In this document: one piece after another, positions 19,856-29,359 of the stretch | Layout: every line of letters starts with the position of its first letter | How positions within the stretch are numbered: the first letter of the stretch is position 1 | Assembly: GCA_963838925.1 (NCBI GenBank) | Contig: CAWISW010000002.1 | Span: 448,001 to 512,000, forward strand | DNA: 64,000 nt | From: an uncultured Nitrososphaerota archaeon | Lineage (GTDB): Archaea; Thermoproteota; Nitrososphaeria; Nitrososphaerales; Gagatemarchaeaceae | Direction: 5' to 3' | Position numbers and translations under genes: made by a program | Notes under the pieces: model-generated | The model's input: the letters and a program-made list of their open reading frames with translations, nothing else | Databases searched by the model: none | Told to the model about the DNA's origin: nothing

Positions 19856-20845
19856 ATGTCTCGAGTAGCGGTCACGGGAGGCGCCGGGTTCCTCGGCAGC
19901 CACATCGCAAGGAGGCTGATCGACGACGGCCGCCAGGTCTCAATCGTCGACGACCTCTCGGCTGGCTCGCTTCAGAACCTCGCTGACCTCGGCGTGAGGC
20001 GGAAGTGCGCCATTGGAGACCTGCGCGACTACAGGTTCGCGAAGGACTCTCTCCGGAGGGCCGACACGGTGTTCCACTTCGCGGCAGAGGTCGGAAGCGT
20101 GAGCTACCTGCACGGCTCGAATGCGGCGGAACTCGCCGCGATGCAGTCCAACCTGGTCATCGACGCCAACGTCTTCAGGGCCTGCCTCGAGAACGGCGTC
20201 AAGACGTTGATCTACGCGTCGAGCGTCTCGGTCTATCCGTTCGACGAGCAGCAAGGCTCCAATGCGCAGTTCCGTGAAGAGGATTCGGAACGAAAGGTGA
20301 ACCCCGAGGGAGGATACGGCTGGGCGAAATACATCGCGGAGAAGCAGCTCGCCCTGATGTCCGGCGTCTCCTACGGAGCCGCCCGGATCTTCCACGCTTA
20401 CGGCAAGAACATCTACCTAAAGCCCGACAGGAGCCAGGTGATCGCTTCCCTGATCAGGAAGGCCGTCAGGTACCCCGCAGAGGGCTTCGTGGTCTGGGGG
20501 GACGGGAGCCAGAGGCGGTGCTTCGTGTACATCGACGACGCGCTCGACGCGCTGATGCGCCTGGAGAAGCACGTCAGGGAGCGGGGGAGCCTCACGGTCA
20601 ACATCGGGTCGACGGAAGAGACGACCGTGCGGGACCTGGCCAGGCAGATAATCCGCCTCTCGAAGAAGGACATCCCGCTGAGCTTCGACGACTCCAAGCT
20701 GACCGGCGCCCTCAACAGGATGCCGGACCTGAAGAGGGCGAAGGGATCCCTCGGCTGGAGCCCGACCACCTCGCTCTCGGACGGCCTGGCGAAGACGTTC
20801 GACTGGGCTGCGGCAAGGCTGGGAATACGGGGAAGCACGGCTTGA
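19856..20845 (+). CDS. NAD-dependent epimerase, GDP-mannose 3,5-epimerase-like
   Basis: VTGGAGFLGSH, NLVIDANV, PEGGYGWAK, VWGDGSQRRCFVYIDD. Confidence 0.8.
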   Translation: MSRVAVTGGAGFLGSHIARRLIDDGRQVSIVDDLSAGSLQNLADLGVRRKCAIGDLRDYRFAKDSLRRADTVFHFAAEVGSVSYLHGSNAAELAAMQSNLVIDANVFRACLENGVKTLIYASSVSVYPFDEQQGSNAQFREEDSERKVNPEGGYGWAKYIAEKQLALMSGVSYGAARIFHAYGKNIYLKPDRSQVIASLIRKAVRYPAEGFVVWGDGSQRRCFVYIDDALDALMRLEKHVRERGSLTVNIGSTEETTVRDLARQIIRLSKKDIPLSFDDSKLTGALNRMPDLKRAKGSLGWSPTTSLSDGLAKTFDWAAARLGIRGSTA

Positions 20846-20967
20846 AGCCGCCCGGGTGAAGTGCTCGCTCGGCTGGCCCCGACGAGTGACCGTCGCGCCC
20901 TCGCTGATTGTCAGAGATGAGAAATGTGTCCGGCCGTTATATATGAAGAGGCGTTAGGAAACCTCCA

Positions 20968-21225
20968 ATGAGCCTCGGCAAGGCAGGGGTTCTGCCCAAG
21001 TCACTCGTGGTGGTCGACGCCGAGGTCTGCAAGGGGTGCGACCTGTGCGTAGTGGCATGCCCGCAGAGGAACCTGAAGCTCTCCAGCGCGCTCAACCGGA
21101 ACGGATACCATCCCGCGGTGTTCAACTATCACGGGGAGAGGGGCGACTGCACCGCGTGCGGGATCTGCTACTGGGTCTGCCCTGATTATGCGATAAAGCA
21201 GGTCATGAGGCTGAAGGAAGAATGA
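20968..21225 (+). CDS. 2-oxoacid:ferredoxin oxidoreductase delta subunit (2x[4Fe-4S])
   Basis: CKGCDLCVVACP and CTACGICYWVCP. Confidence 0.9.
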   Translation: MSLGKAGVLPKSLVVVDAEVCKGCDLCVVACPQRNLKLSSALNRNGYHPAVFNYHGERGDCTACGICYWVCPDYAIKQVMRLKEE

Positions 21226-22292
21226 GCCAGAGGGAACTCATCAAGGGAAACGAGGCACTGGCGTACGGCGCCCTGAGGGCGGGGCTGAACGCGTACTTCG
21301 GGTACCCGATAACCCCCTCGAGCGAGGTCCCTGAGACCCTCGCGCAGGAGTTCGGGAGCCCAGAGTACCCAGGCTTCAAGGTCTTCCTCCAGTCGGCGAG
21401 CGAGCTCGAGGCGATCAACATGGTCATCGGGGCGGCCTCCACGGGCGCGAAGGTGATGACCGCGACCTCAGGCCCGGGGTTCAGCCTGAAGCAGGAGGGG
21501 ATATCGTACGCGGCGGGGATGGAGCTCCCCATCCTCGTGGTGGACGTGAACAGGGCGGGCCCGGGGCTGGGAAACCTGGGGCCGGAGCAGAGCGACTACT
21601 TCCAGGCCACGAGGGGAGGCGGGCATGGTGGGTCCAGGAGCATCGTCCTGGCGCCCAACTCGGTGCAGGAGATGGGCTCGTTCCCGCAGCTGGGCTTCTC
21701 GCTGGCCTTCAAGTACAGGAACCCGGTCGTGATCCTCGCGGACGCGTTCATAGGACAGCTCAAGGAGGACATCCTCTTCCCGACCGCGACCTCGGAGGAG
21801 TTCGACGTCTCGTGGGCAGCCACTGGGGCTAGGGGCGAGAGCAGGCACCTCATCCTCTCGCTCCACCTTGACTTCAACGACCAGAGCGAGCACTCGGAGC
21901 AGCTCAGGAGGAAGTACGAGAGGATGGACGCCGCCGAGCCGAGGTCAGAGTCCTATCTCACTGACGATGCGAGCATCGTCCTCGTCGCGTACGGGGTGGT
22001 CTCTAGGCTCTGCAAGGAGGTCGTCGACGACTTGCGAGAGAAGGGCGTCAGCGCGGGCCTCTTCAGGCCGATAACGCTCTCCCCGTTCCCGAGCAGACCG
22101 CTCGCGGACCTCGCCTCGAGCGGCAGGAAAAAGTTCCTCGTGGTCGAGCTGAACATGGGCCAGATGCTCTACGACGTGAAGCTCGCTGTAGGCAGCTCCG
22201 CGCCCGTCGGCACTGTCCAGAAGCTCGGGGGCCTAGTGCCCACCGCCAAGGAAATCGCAAGAAGGGTGGAGATGGACCTTGCCGTCGCATAG
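21222..22292 (+). CDS. 2-oxoacid:ferredoxin oxidoreductase alpha subunit (ketoisovalerate-type)
   Basis: KGNEALA, YFGYPITPSSE, TATSGPGFSLKQE, GGGHG, VELNMGQM. Confidence 0.9.
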   Translation: MSQRELIKGNEALAYGALRAGLNAYFGYPITPSSEVPETLAQEFGSPEYPGFKVFLQSASELEAINMVIGAASTGAKVMTATSGPGFSLKQEGISYAAGMELPILVVDVNRAGPGLGNLGPEQSDYFQATRGGGHGGSRSIVLAPNSVQEMGSFPQLGFSLAFKYRNPVVILADAFIGQLKEDILFPTATSEEFDVSWAATGARGESRHLILSLHLDFNDQSEHSEQLRRKYERMDAAEPRSESYLTDDASIVLVAYGVVSRLCKEVVDDLREKGVSAGLFRPITLSPFPSRPLADLASSGRKKFLVVELNMGQMLYDVKLAVGSSAPVGTVQKLGGLVPTAKEIARRVEMDLAVA

Positions 22293-23094
22293 CCAGGGAG
22301 ATACCGAGGGCGAGTACGTCGTCAAGCTCGGCGAGCTCCCGACCCTCACGGGGAAGCCGACGCACTACTGCGCCGGCTGCGAGCACGGCACCCTCACCAA
22401 GCTGATCGCGAACGCTGTGAACGATCTCGGTATCAGGGAGAGGTCTGTCCTTGTGGACTCGGTGGGTTGCAGCGTCTTCGCGCACGACTACATCAACACG
22501 GACGCGGTCCAGGCGCCGCACGGCAGGGCCCCCGCGGTGATGGCCGGGATAAAGAGGGTGAGGCCTGACCTCGTCGTGTTCTCGGTCCAGGGCGACGGCG
22601 ACGCCGTGTCGATAGGGCTCCTCGAGCTGATCTACGCGGCGAACCGCGGCGAGCCGGTCACGATCTTCCTGGTAAACAACGCAATCTACGGGATGACGGG
22701 AGGTCAGATGGCCCCCACGACCCCGGAGGGGATGGTGACCACGACGTCCCCTCGCGGGAGGGACACGAAGTACACCGGCCCTCCCATGGACGCCTCGCGA
22801 CTGCTCGCGACACTCGAGGGGCCCGCGTACGTGAGGAGGGTGTCGCTCCCTCTCGAGCCGCTGAACTCGACAGACCTCTATAGCGCCCGGGGGACGATGG
22901 AGTGCTCCAGGGCGGTGGAGAACGCGTTCAGGGTGCAGCTCATGGGGGGCTTCTCGTTCGTCGAGGTCGTCAGCACCTGCAGCGTGAACTGGAAGATGTC
23001 CGTGCTCGAGTCGAAGCGGTACGCCGCCGACGTCCTCTCCAAGCTCTTCCCGCCGGGGCTCTACAAGGACAAGTTCGGGGTAGAGAAGAGATGA
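22279..23094 (+). CDS. 2-oxoacid:ferredoxin oxidoreductase beta subunit (TPP-binding)
   Basis: YCAGCEHG, GCS, HGRAPA, QGDGD..NNAIYGMTGGQ. Confidence 0.9.
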   Translation: MPSHSQGDTEGEYVVKLGELPTLTGKPTHYCAGCEHGTLTKLIANAVNDLGIRERSVLVDSVGCSVFAHDYINTDAVQAPHGRAPAVMAGIKRVRPDLVVFSVQGDGDAVSIGLLELIYAANRGEPVTIFLVNNAIYGMTGGQMAPTTPEGMVTTTSPRGRDTKYTGPPMDASRLLATLEGPAYVRRVSLPLEPLNSTDLYSARGTMECSRAVENAFRVQLMGGFSFVEVVSTCSVNWKMSVLESKRYAADVLSKLFPPGLYKDKFGVEKR

Positions 23095-23696
23095 GGAGGC
23101 GGCTGATCTTGGCGGGCCACGGAGGGCAGGGCGTCCTCGAGCTCGCCAACTACATCTCCCTCTTCGAGATGCTCAGGGGGCAGCACGTCGCATGCACTCC
23201 CTCCTACGGCCCGGAGAGCAGGGGAGGGAAGGTGAAGTGCTACGTGGTCACATCGGAAGAGGAGATCGACTCACCGATAGTCGAAGAGGCGGACTTCCTC
23301 ATCGCCATGAACATCCCCTCCATGGACTACCTGCCGCTCCTCAGGGAGGGAGGGACGCTCTTCATGAACTCCTCTCTGGTCCTCGCGACCCCGGACAGAA
23401 GCGACATACGAGTGATCAGGATCCCTGCGACCGTGATCTCGGCCGAGCTGAAGAGCCTGAAGCTGGAAGGAGTGCAAGACAGCAAGATAGCGGCAAACTC
23501 CGTGATGTTCGGGGCGTACCTCGCCGTCACGGGGGAGGCGCTGGACCTGGACCTCATGAACCGGGTATTCTCGGAGTTCTTCACGGGCCGCAAGGCTGCC
23601 TACATCCCCCTCAACTTGCAGGCCGTCCAACGCGGGTACGGCTTCGCGGCGAGCCTGTCGAAGGGTAAGGAAGCCGCGTTGTCAAAGGCCTTATGA
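23091..23696 (+). CDS. 2-oxoacid:ferredoxin oxidoreductase gamma subunit
   Basis: AGHGGQG, PSYGPESRGG, ANSVMFGA; ATG 23091 overlaps beta stop. Confidence 0.88.
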   Translation: MRRRLILAGHGGQGVLELANYISLFEMLRGQHVACTPSYGPESRGGKVKCYVVTSEEEIDSPIVEEADFLIAMNIPSMDYLPLLREGGTLFMNSSLVLATPDRSDIRVIRIPATVISAELKSLKLEGVQDSKIAANSVMFGAYLAVTGEALDLDLMNRVFSEFFTGRKAAYIPLNLQAVQRGYGFAASLSKGKEAALSKAL

Positions 23697-24784
23697 GCGA
23701 ATCGCGTCGAGAGCCGGCCAAGGCGGTCGACACCGATTTGAAGAGAGCGGGCACTACAAAGGCGCAAACCGCGGAGCTGGTGTTCGTGGTCGCGATGCTC
23801 GTGCTCGGAGCGTCGTACGTCCTCACCCTGCAGCCAAAGGCGGCCACGTCTACGACAACCACAGGGGCCTCGACGGAGACCTCCGCCAGTCGGACTCCGC
23901 CGCCCATCACGACGAGCTCCTCCACATCGACGACGGCAGCTCCGAAGGTGTCTCACGTCATCGTCATCCTGATGGAGAACGAGGAGTACGGCAGCGTGAT
24001 AGGGAGCGCCTCCGCCCCGTACCAGAACAGCCTCGCCTCGAGCTACGCCCTCGCGGCCGACTACTACGGGGTCGCGCATCCCTCGCTCCCGAACTACCTC
24101 GCGCTGGTAGCGGGCAGCACCTTCGGGGTGACGAGCGACTGCCTGCCGGCGCAGTGCGGCCTCCCCGGCAACATCACCACGATAGCCACCCTGATCGACT
24201 CCCACTCGCTGTCGTGGAAGGAGTACGCAGAGTCGATGCCTGCGAACTGCTCGCAGGTCAACAGCCCCGACGGGTTGTACTTCCCGAAGCACAACCCCTT
24301 CGTCTACTTCGGCGCTGTAACGGGGAACAACGGGACAGGGAGCGCCTCGAGCTACTGCAACTCCCACGTGGTCTCGATGAACCAGTTCTACACGGACCTC
24401 CAGGCCGGCAACCTTCCCAACTATTCCTTCATCACGCCCAACATATGCGACGACGCGCACAGCTGCCCACTCCAGACGGGTGACCAGTGGCTCGCCACGT
24501 TAGTCCCGAAAATAGTCAACTCGAGCTCTTTCGCTACGACCGCCCTCTTCATCACCTATGACGAGGGGAACGCGAACGACACCACAGGTGGCGGGGGGCA
24601 GGTGCCCTGCATACTCGTCTCGCCTTTCGCGAAGGCGGGGTACGCCTCGCACGTGGAGTACTCGCACTACTCCCTTCTTGCGACGGTCGAAGACCTCCTC
24701 GGGGTGGGCACGCTCGGACGAAACGACTCTACCGCAGCCCCGATGTCTGACCTCTTTACGCCTCAGGTCCACCTGTCCGGGTAG
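23693..24784 (+). CDS. Membrane-anchored phosphoesterase (acid phosphatase/PLC family)
   Basis: TM helix, Thr/Ser linker, ILMENEE, HPSLPNY, KHNPF, TPNICDDAH, ITYDEG. Confidence 0.85.
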   Translation: MSESRREPAKAVDTDLKRAGTTKAQTAELVFVVAMLVLGASYVLTLQPKAATSTTTTGASTETSASRTPPPITTSSSTSTTAAPKVSHVIVILMENEEYGSVIGSASAPYQNSLASSYALAADYYGVAHPSLPNYLALVAGSTFGVTSDCLPAQCGLPGNITTIATLIDSHSLSWKEYAESMPANCSQVNSPDGLYFPKHNPFVYFGAVTGNNGTGSASSYCNSHVVSMNQFYTDLQAGNLPNYSFITPNICDDAHSCPLQTGDQWLATLVPKIVNSSSFATTALFITYDEGNANDTTGGGGQVPCILVSPFAKAGYASHVEYSHYSLLATVEDLLGVGTLGRNDSTAAPMSDLFTPQVHLSG

Positions 24785-24852
24785 GGACCCGCGCTCCCAA
24801 GGGGCTGATAAAGGGTACAACACCTTATCCAGCCCGGAGTGCAGCTCGAGTC

Positions 24853-25176
24853 TTGAAGATCGGCCTGTGGACCGCAATCGTCCTTGCGCTGATCCCAGTC
24901 GTCGCGCTTGAGCTGGTCTTCGCGCCAGTAGACGAGGTCCTTGCGTCTCCCCCCAACGTCCCTCTGACCACGTGCTCCACGGTCCAACTCGGGGGTTCGG
25001 CCGCCCCAGTGTGCACCTTCGCCGCCCGCTACTACGTCGGGGCGGGCTCCCTGACGTACTGCTTCCTGGGGGAGGGCGCGCTGTACCTGAGGGGCGTCTA
25101 CTACCCGCTCACCCAACCGCAGGCGAGCCCTGCCCGGGTGATATCGAACGCCTACTGCCCGGCGATGCGCCGGTAG
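24853..25176 (+). CDS. Hypothetical small exported Cys-containing protein
   Basis: Signal-like N-terminus and four Cys; TATA-like CTTATC upstream. Confidence 0.5.
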   Translation: MKIGLWTAIVLALIPVVALELVFAPVDEVLASPPNVPLTTCSTVQLGGSAAPVCTFAARYYVGAGSLTYCFLGEGALYLRGVYYPLTQPQASPARVISNAYCPAMRR

Positions 25177-25327
25177 GCCGCAAAGTAAACGGCGCGGACT
25201 CGCCGCCAACCTGGGGACGCGCTTCCCGCCGTCCGCCAGGGTCCCCCGTCCGGTGGAGAATCGTTATATCACCCGCAGAGGCAGTGCGAAAAAGGAAGTT
25301 TTCAGGAAGCAAACGGTGTTAGTCTGA

Positions 25328-28300
25328 TTGTTACAAAGCGTCGCGGAGGGGCAGGATCTCGCCAAGAAGCTCCAAGAGCTGACCACCCCTGTCACCGAGT
25401 TGGACGAAGGCCTCCTCGTCTCCGCCACCTACGACGGCGAGAAACGGAAGGCGGTGCTCAAGTTCTACGACTCCAAGAGGGGGAGGGTGTGGCTGTGGGT
25501 CGACAACACCGGGCACAGGCCGTATTGCTACACCAAGCTCACCCGCGCAGAGCTCGAGGCCGAGGGCGTCAGCGTGGGGAAGAACGGGGTCGCCTCGATC
25601 GACGACGACGACTCGAAGTACGACCTCCTGACCGATTCGAAGATCACAGTAAGAAAGATCACCGCAACCGACCCGCTGGCGATCGGAGGCGCCCCGGGAA
25701 GCCTCAGAGAGCGGATAACATGCTGGGAGGCGGACATCAAGTACTACGAAAACTACCTCTACGACAGGCACCTCAAGGTCGGAACCTACTACAAGATAAC
25801 CCAAGGGGAGCTGGCGCCGGTCGAGAAGGAGGTCGAAGGCGAGGTCCAACGGTCCCTCGACTCCATCCTCACCAAGGCGACGGGAGACGCCGCGTCTCAT
25901 ATCCGTGAGTGGGCAGAGCTGCTCGGGCAGCCGCTCTCTGCGTTCAAGAGGATCGCCTGCGACATCGAGGTCGCCAACGAGGAGAACCGCCTCCCGGACC
26001 CCGAGACCGGGGACAGACCGGTCATCGCCGTCTCGTTCTGCAACGACAAGGAGTCCATCGTCTACATGGTAGACAGGACGGGGGAGGACAAGTCGCTGGA
26101 TGGGGCGTTGACGGCCTACACGCACACCGTATTTCCCGACGAGGCCTCGCTGCTTCGAGCCACCTTCGCAAAGATGATGGAATACCCGTTCCTGATCACC
26201 TTCAACGGGGACGACTTCGACCTGAGGTATCTCAAGAACCGCGCCATGAGAAAGGAGATTGGAATACGGGAGGAAGAGATCCCCATCTCGCTTCAGCGGC
26301 AGGAAGCCTCGCTGAAGCACGGCGTCCACATCGACCTCTACCGGTTCTTCAACAACCGCTCCATCCAGGTCTATGTCTACAACAACAAGTACACCGAGCA
26401 CACGCTCAACGGAATATCCGAGGCGCTCCTGGGGAAGGAGAAGATACCGTTCGAGGGGAACATCAGCGAGCTTCCGCTGCTGAAGCTAGCAGACTACAAC
26501 TTCAACGACTCGGAAATAACCTACGAGCTGACCAGCGCGAACGACTCACTGCTGATGAAAATCCTGCTCGTCATCTCGAGGATCGCCAAGATGCCCATGA
26601 ACGACGTCGCTCGTTTAGGCGTCTCCAACTGGATACGGAGCATGCTCTTCTACGAGCACAGAAAGGACCGCGCCCTCATCCCTCGCACGGACGAGCTCGC
26701 GAGGAAGGGCGGCGCCTCATCCGAGGCGATAATCAAGGGGAAGAAGTACAAGGGAGGCCTCGTAATCGAGCCGAAGCCAGGGGTGTTCTTCGGGGTCTCC
26801 GTGCTGGACTTCGCCAGCCTGTACCCCAGCATCATAAAGGTCCACAACCTCTCCTACGAGACCGTGAACTGCGGTCACGAGGAGTGTAGGTCGAACAAGG
26901 TCCCCGACACCGACCACTGGGTCTGCAGAAAGAGGGATGGGATAGAGAGCCTCGTCATAGGCTCCCTGAGGGACCTCCGGGTCGGACACTACAAGGCGCT
27001 CTCCAAGGACAAGACCATCCCGAAGGAGAGCAGGGACCTCTACGGCACGGTTACCCAGGGACTAAAAGTGATCCTGAACGCTTGCTTCACTGGCGACACG
27101 ATGATAGTCACCCCGACCGGAATAAGGAATATCAAAGACGTGAAGGTCGGAGATCATGTCGTCAACGTTAATCCGGAGACGTTGTCAGTCGAAGTGGACA
27201 AAGTCGTAGAGGTTCAAGCGTTTCCCTTCGTCGGGAACTTGTACCACTTCGAGGACAACAGATTTGTGGACCTAACAGTCACCCCCAACCACCGATTCCT
27301 GACCCAAGATAGACGCAAATCAGCTAACAACGGGACGAAGTTCAGGTCGGCAGAAGAGATTGCAAGACTCGCGAACGTGACAATTCCCAAACTGAAGTCC
27401 GGCGTCCAGTCGGACCATGTTCCAACCCGCATTTCTTTGTTGGAAACCGCGAAGGACATGAACGCAAACGCGTACCTCTATCCGAAGACGGGAGCAAGGT
27501 TGATCGACTGGTTCCGTACGTTACCGCCGGAGCTCCAGCAAAAAATCCGCGCAAACGGCCGTGTGAGGAAACTCGGGATGGAAAGCCCTCGGGTCGAGTC
27601 CAATCGAAGACGACAATCGCACTACGTTCTGCCGTCAAGCGTCGTCAACGAGGACGATATCCATGCTATTGAGAGCGCACACGGGCAGGTCATGCTCGCT
27701 GAGACACGAGGACGCCAAGTGCCTGCGAACTACGATGGCAAAGACTTCGCGACACTCTGCGGATGGTTCGTCGCCGAGGGAACTCCCCATGCGACGTCGC
27801 GTAAAGAATATCCCAACGGCCGTGTTCGCGGGCGAACATCTGGGATAACGATCACTCAAGGGTTTGGCAAGGGGAACCAGATGGGCTTCCATTACAGGGA
27901 AGAAATCCGAATCCTTCTCGCGAGGTTAGGACTGCGAAGCAAAAGGGACGCGTCAGATAACAAGTACTACAAGATCAGCAGCTCAATATTCAATCGATGG
28001 ATGGTCTTGCACTGCTATGACGATGCCGAGCCTGCTCATCATGCGACGTCGAAGAGGATTCCGAACTTCGTCTTCCACTCTGCCGAGACGATGAGAGCCT
28101 TTCTCGACTCTGCCTACAAAGGCGACGGCAACAGGCGAGGGGTGAGGTATTCGACAGTCAGTGTCCGGCTCGCAAGCGAGATGGTTGCCCTTACGGCGAT
28201 GTTGGGGCACAGGGCAAAGATGACCTACGACAAAGACGAAAGAATCTACAGAGTGATCTTCAAGAACGTGAGTTCGAAGTTGACATATTCGGGAGCCGAG

Positions 28301-29359
28301 AAGGACAAGAGGATCACGATGACTCCTTTCGATGGCACGGTCTACTGCGTGACTACTGAAAGGAACCATACGGTCTTCGCCGGAAGGAATGGGAGGTTCG
28401 TCCCGGTGGGTCAATCCTACGGTGTGATGGGCTTCGAGACGTTCGCACTCTACTGCTTGCCGGTAGCCGAAGCGACGGCCGCACTAGGCAGGGACGCGAT
28501 CACACGGACCATCGAAAAGTGCAAGCAGGAGAGCGTCTCTGTCATTTACAGCGATACTGATTCGCTCTTCATCGAAAACCCCGACAAGGACAAGGTCGCC
28601 GACGTTCTAAAGTGGGCGGACAGGGAATTAGGCGTAGAGCTCGAGGTAGACAAGACGTACCGGTATGTCGCTTTCAGCGAGCGCAAGAAGAACTACTTCG
28701 GAGTCCTCCAGGATGGCGCCGCGGACATCAAGGGGCTCACCGGCAAGAAGTCCCAGACGCCAAAGTTCCTGAAGGACGAGTTCTACCTGATGCTCGACAT
28801 CCTAGGCAACGTCTACAGCGCTGACGACTTCGGGCAGGCGAAGTCGAAGATCAAGAAGCTGCTCAACGACATGGTGACCGCTCTCAAGGAGAGGAAGATA
28901 CCGCTCGACGACCTCGCGTTCAACGTCATGATGGGCAAGTCCATAGACGGGTACAAGTCCACGAAGACGACGACAGAGCCCGCCGACAGGAAGGAGGCGA
29001 TGAAGCAGCGCGAAGAGGGTGCGAAGAGGCAGCGAGAGCAGATGTCCCTCCACGAGGGAGTACAGGAGCGGCCGGAGGCGGCCCTCTCGGCCTCGATGAG
29101 CGGGCTGCCTCAGCACGTGAAGGCTGCGATACTCCTGAGGAACTCGAACAGGGAAGTCAAGGCGGGCGAGCTCATCTCCTTCGTGAAGACGAAGGGCAGG
29201 GAAGGGGTGAAGCCCACCATTCAAGCCAAGCCAGAGGACATCGACGTCGACAAGTACATAGAGTACGCGAGCTCTATGTTCGACCAGGTGCTCGGTGCGC
29301 TCGACCTGTCGTTCGACTCGGTCGTGCCGAGGACCAGTCTGGACGCCTTCTGGGCCTAG
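25328..29359 (+). CDS. polB1: Family B DNA polymerase (PolB1) with intein
   Basis: ExoI DIE, ExoII FNGDDFD, DFASLYPS, KVILNA|SYG, YSDTDS, KKNY, C-terminal PIP-like SLDAFW. Confidence 0.95.
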   Translation: MLQSVAEGQDLAKKLQELTTPVTELDEGLLVSATYDGEKRKAVLKFYDSKRGRVWLWVDNTGHRPYCYTKLTRAELEAEGVSVGKNGVASIDDDDSKYDLLTDSKITVRKITATDPLAIGGAPGSLRERITCWEADIKYYENYLYDRHLKVGTYYKITQGELAPVEKEVEGEVQRSLDSILTKATGDAASHIREWAELLGQPLSAFKRIACDIEVANEENRLPDPETGDRPVIAVSFCNDKESIVYMVDRTGEDKSLDGALTAYTHTVFPDEASLLRATFAKMMEYPFLITFNGDDFDLRYLKNRAMRKEIGIREEEIPISLQRQEASLKHGVHIDLYRFFNNRSIQVYVYNNKYTEHTLNGISEALLGKEKIPFEGNISELPLLKLADYNFNDSEITYELTSANDSLLMKILLVISRIAKMPMNDVARLGVSNWIRSMLFYEHRKDRALIPRTDELARKGGASSEAIIKGKKYKGGLVIEPKPGVFFGVSVLDFASLYPSIIKVHNLSYETVNCGHEECRSNKVPDTDHWVCRKRDGIESLVIGSLRDLRVGHYKALSKDKTIPKESRDLYGTVTQGLKVILNACFTGDTMIVTPTGIRNIKDVKVGDHVVNVNPETLSVEVDKVVEVQAFPFVGNLYHFEDNRFVDLTVTPNHRFLTQDRRKSANNGTKFRSAEEIARLANVTIPKLKSGVQSDHVPTRISLLETAKDMNANAYLYPKTGARLIDWFRTLPPELQQKIRANGRVRKLGMESPRVESNRRRQSHYVLPSSVVNEDDIHAIESAHGQVMLAETRGRQVPANYDGKDFATLCGWFVAEGTPHATSRKEYPNGRVRGRTSGITITQGFGKGNQMGFHYREEIRILLARLGLRSKRDASDNKYYKISSSIFNRWMVLHCYDDAEPAHHATSKRIPNFVFHSAETMRAFLDSAYKGDGNRRGVRYSTVSVRLASEMVALTAMLGHRAKMTYDKDERIYRVIFKNVSSKLTYSGAEKDKRITMTPFDGTVYCVTTERNHTVFAGRNGRFVPVGQSYGVMGFETFALYCLPVAEATAALGRDAITRTIEKCKQESVSVIYSDTDSLFIENPDKDKVADVLKWADRELGVELEVDKTYRYVAFSERKKNYFGVLQDGAADIKGLTGKKSQTPKFLKDEFYLMLDILGNVYSADDFGQAKSKIKKLLNDMVTALKERKIPLDDLAFNVMMGKSIDGYKSTKTTTEPADRKEAMKQREEGAKRQREQMSLHEGVQERPEAALSASMSGLPQHVKAAILLRNSNREVKAGELISFVKTKGREGVKPTIQAKPEDIDVDKYIEYASSMFDQVLGALDLSFDSVVPRTSLDAFWA
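27083..28414 (+). mobile_element. Intein with LAGLIDADG homing endonuclease (444 aa)
   Basis: Starts CFTGDT, block B VTPNHRF, LCGWFVAEG and FLDSAYKGDG, block F VYCVTT, ends VGQ before extein Ser; visibly lower GC than host gene. Confidence 0.92.
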
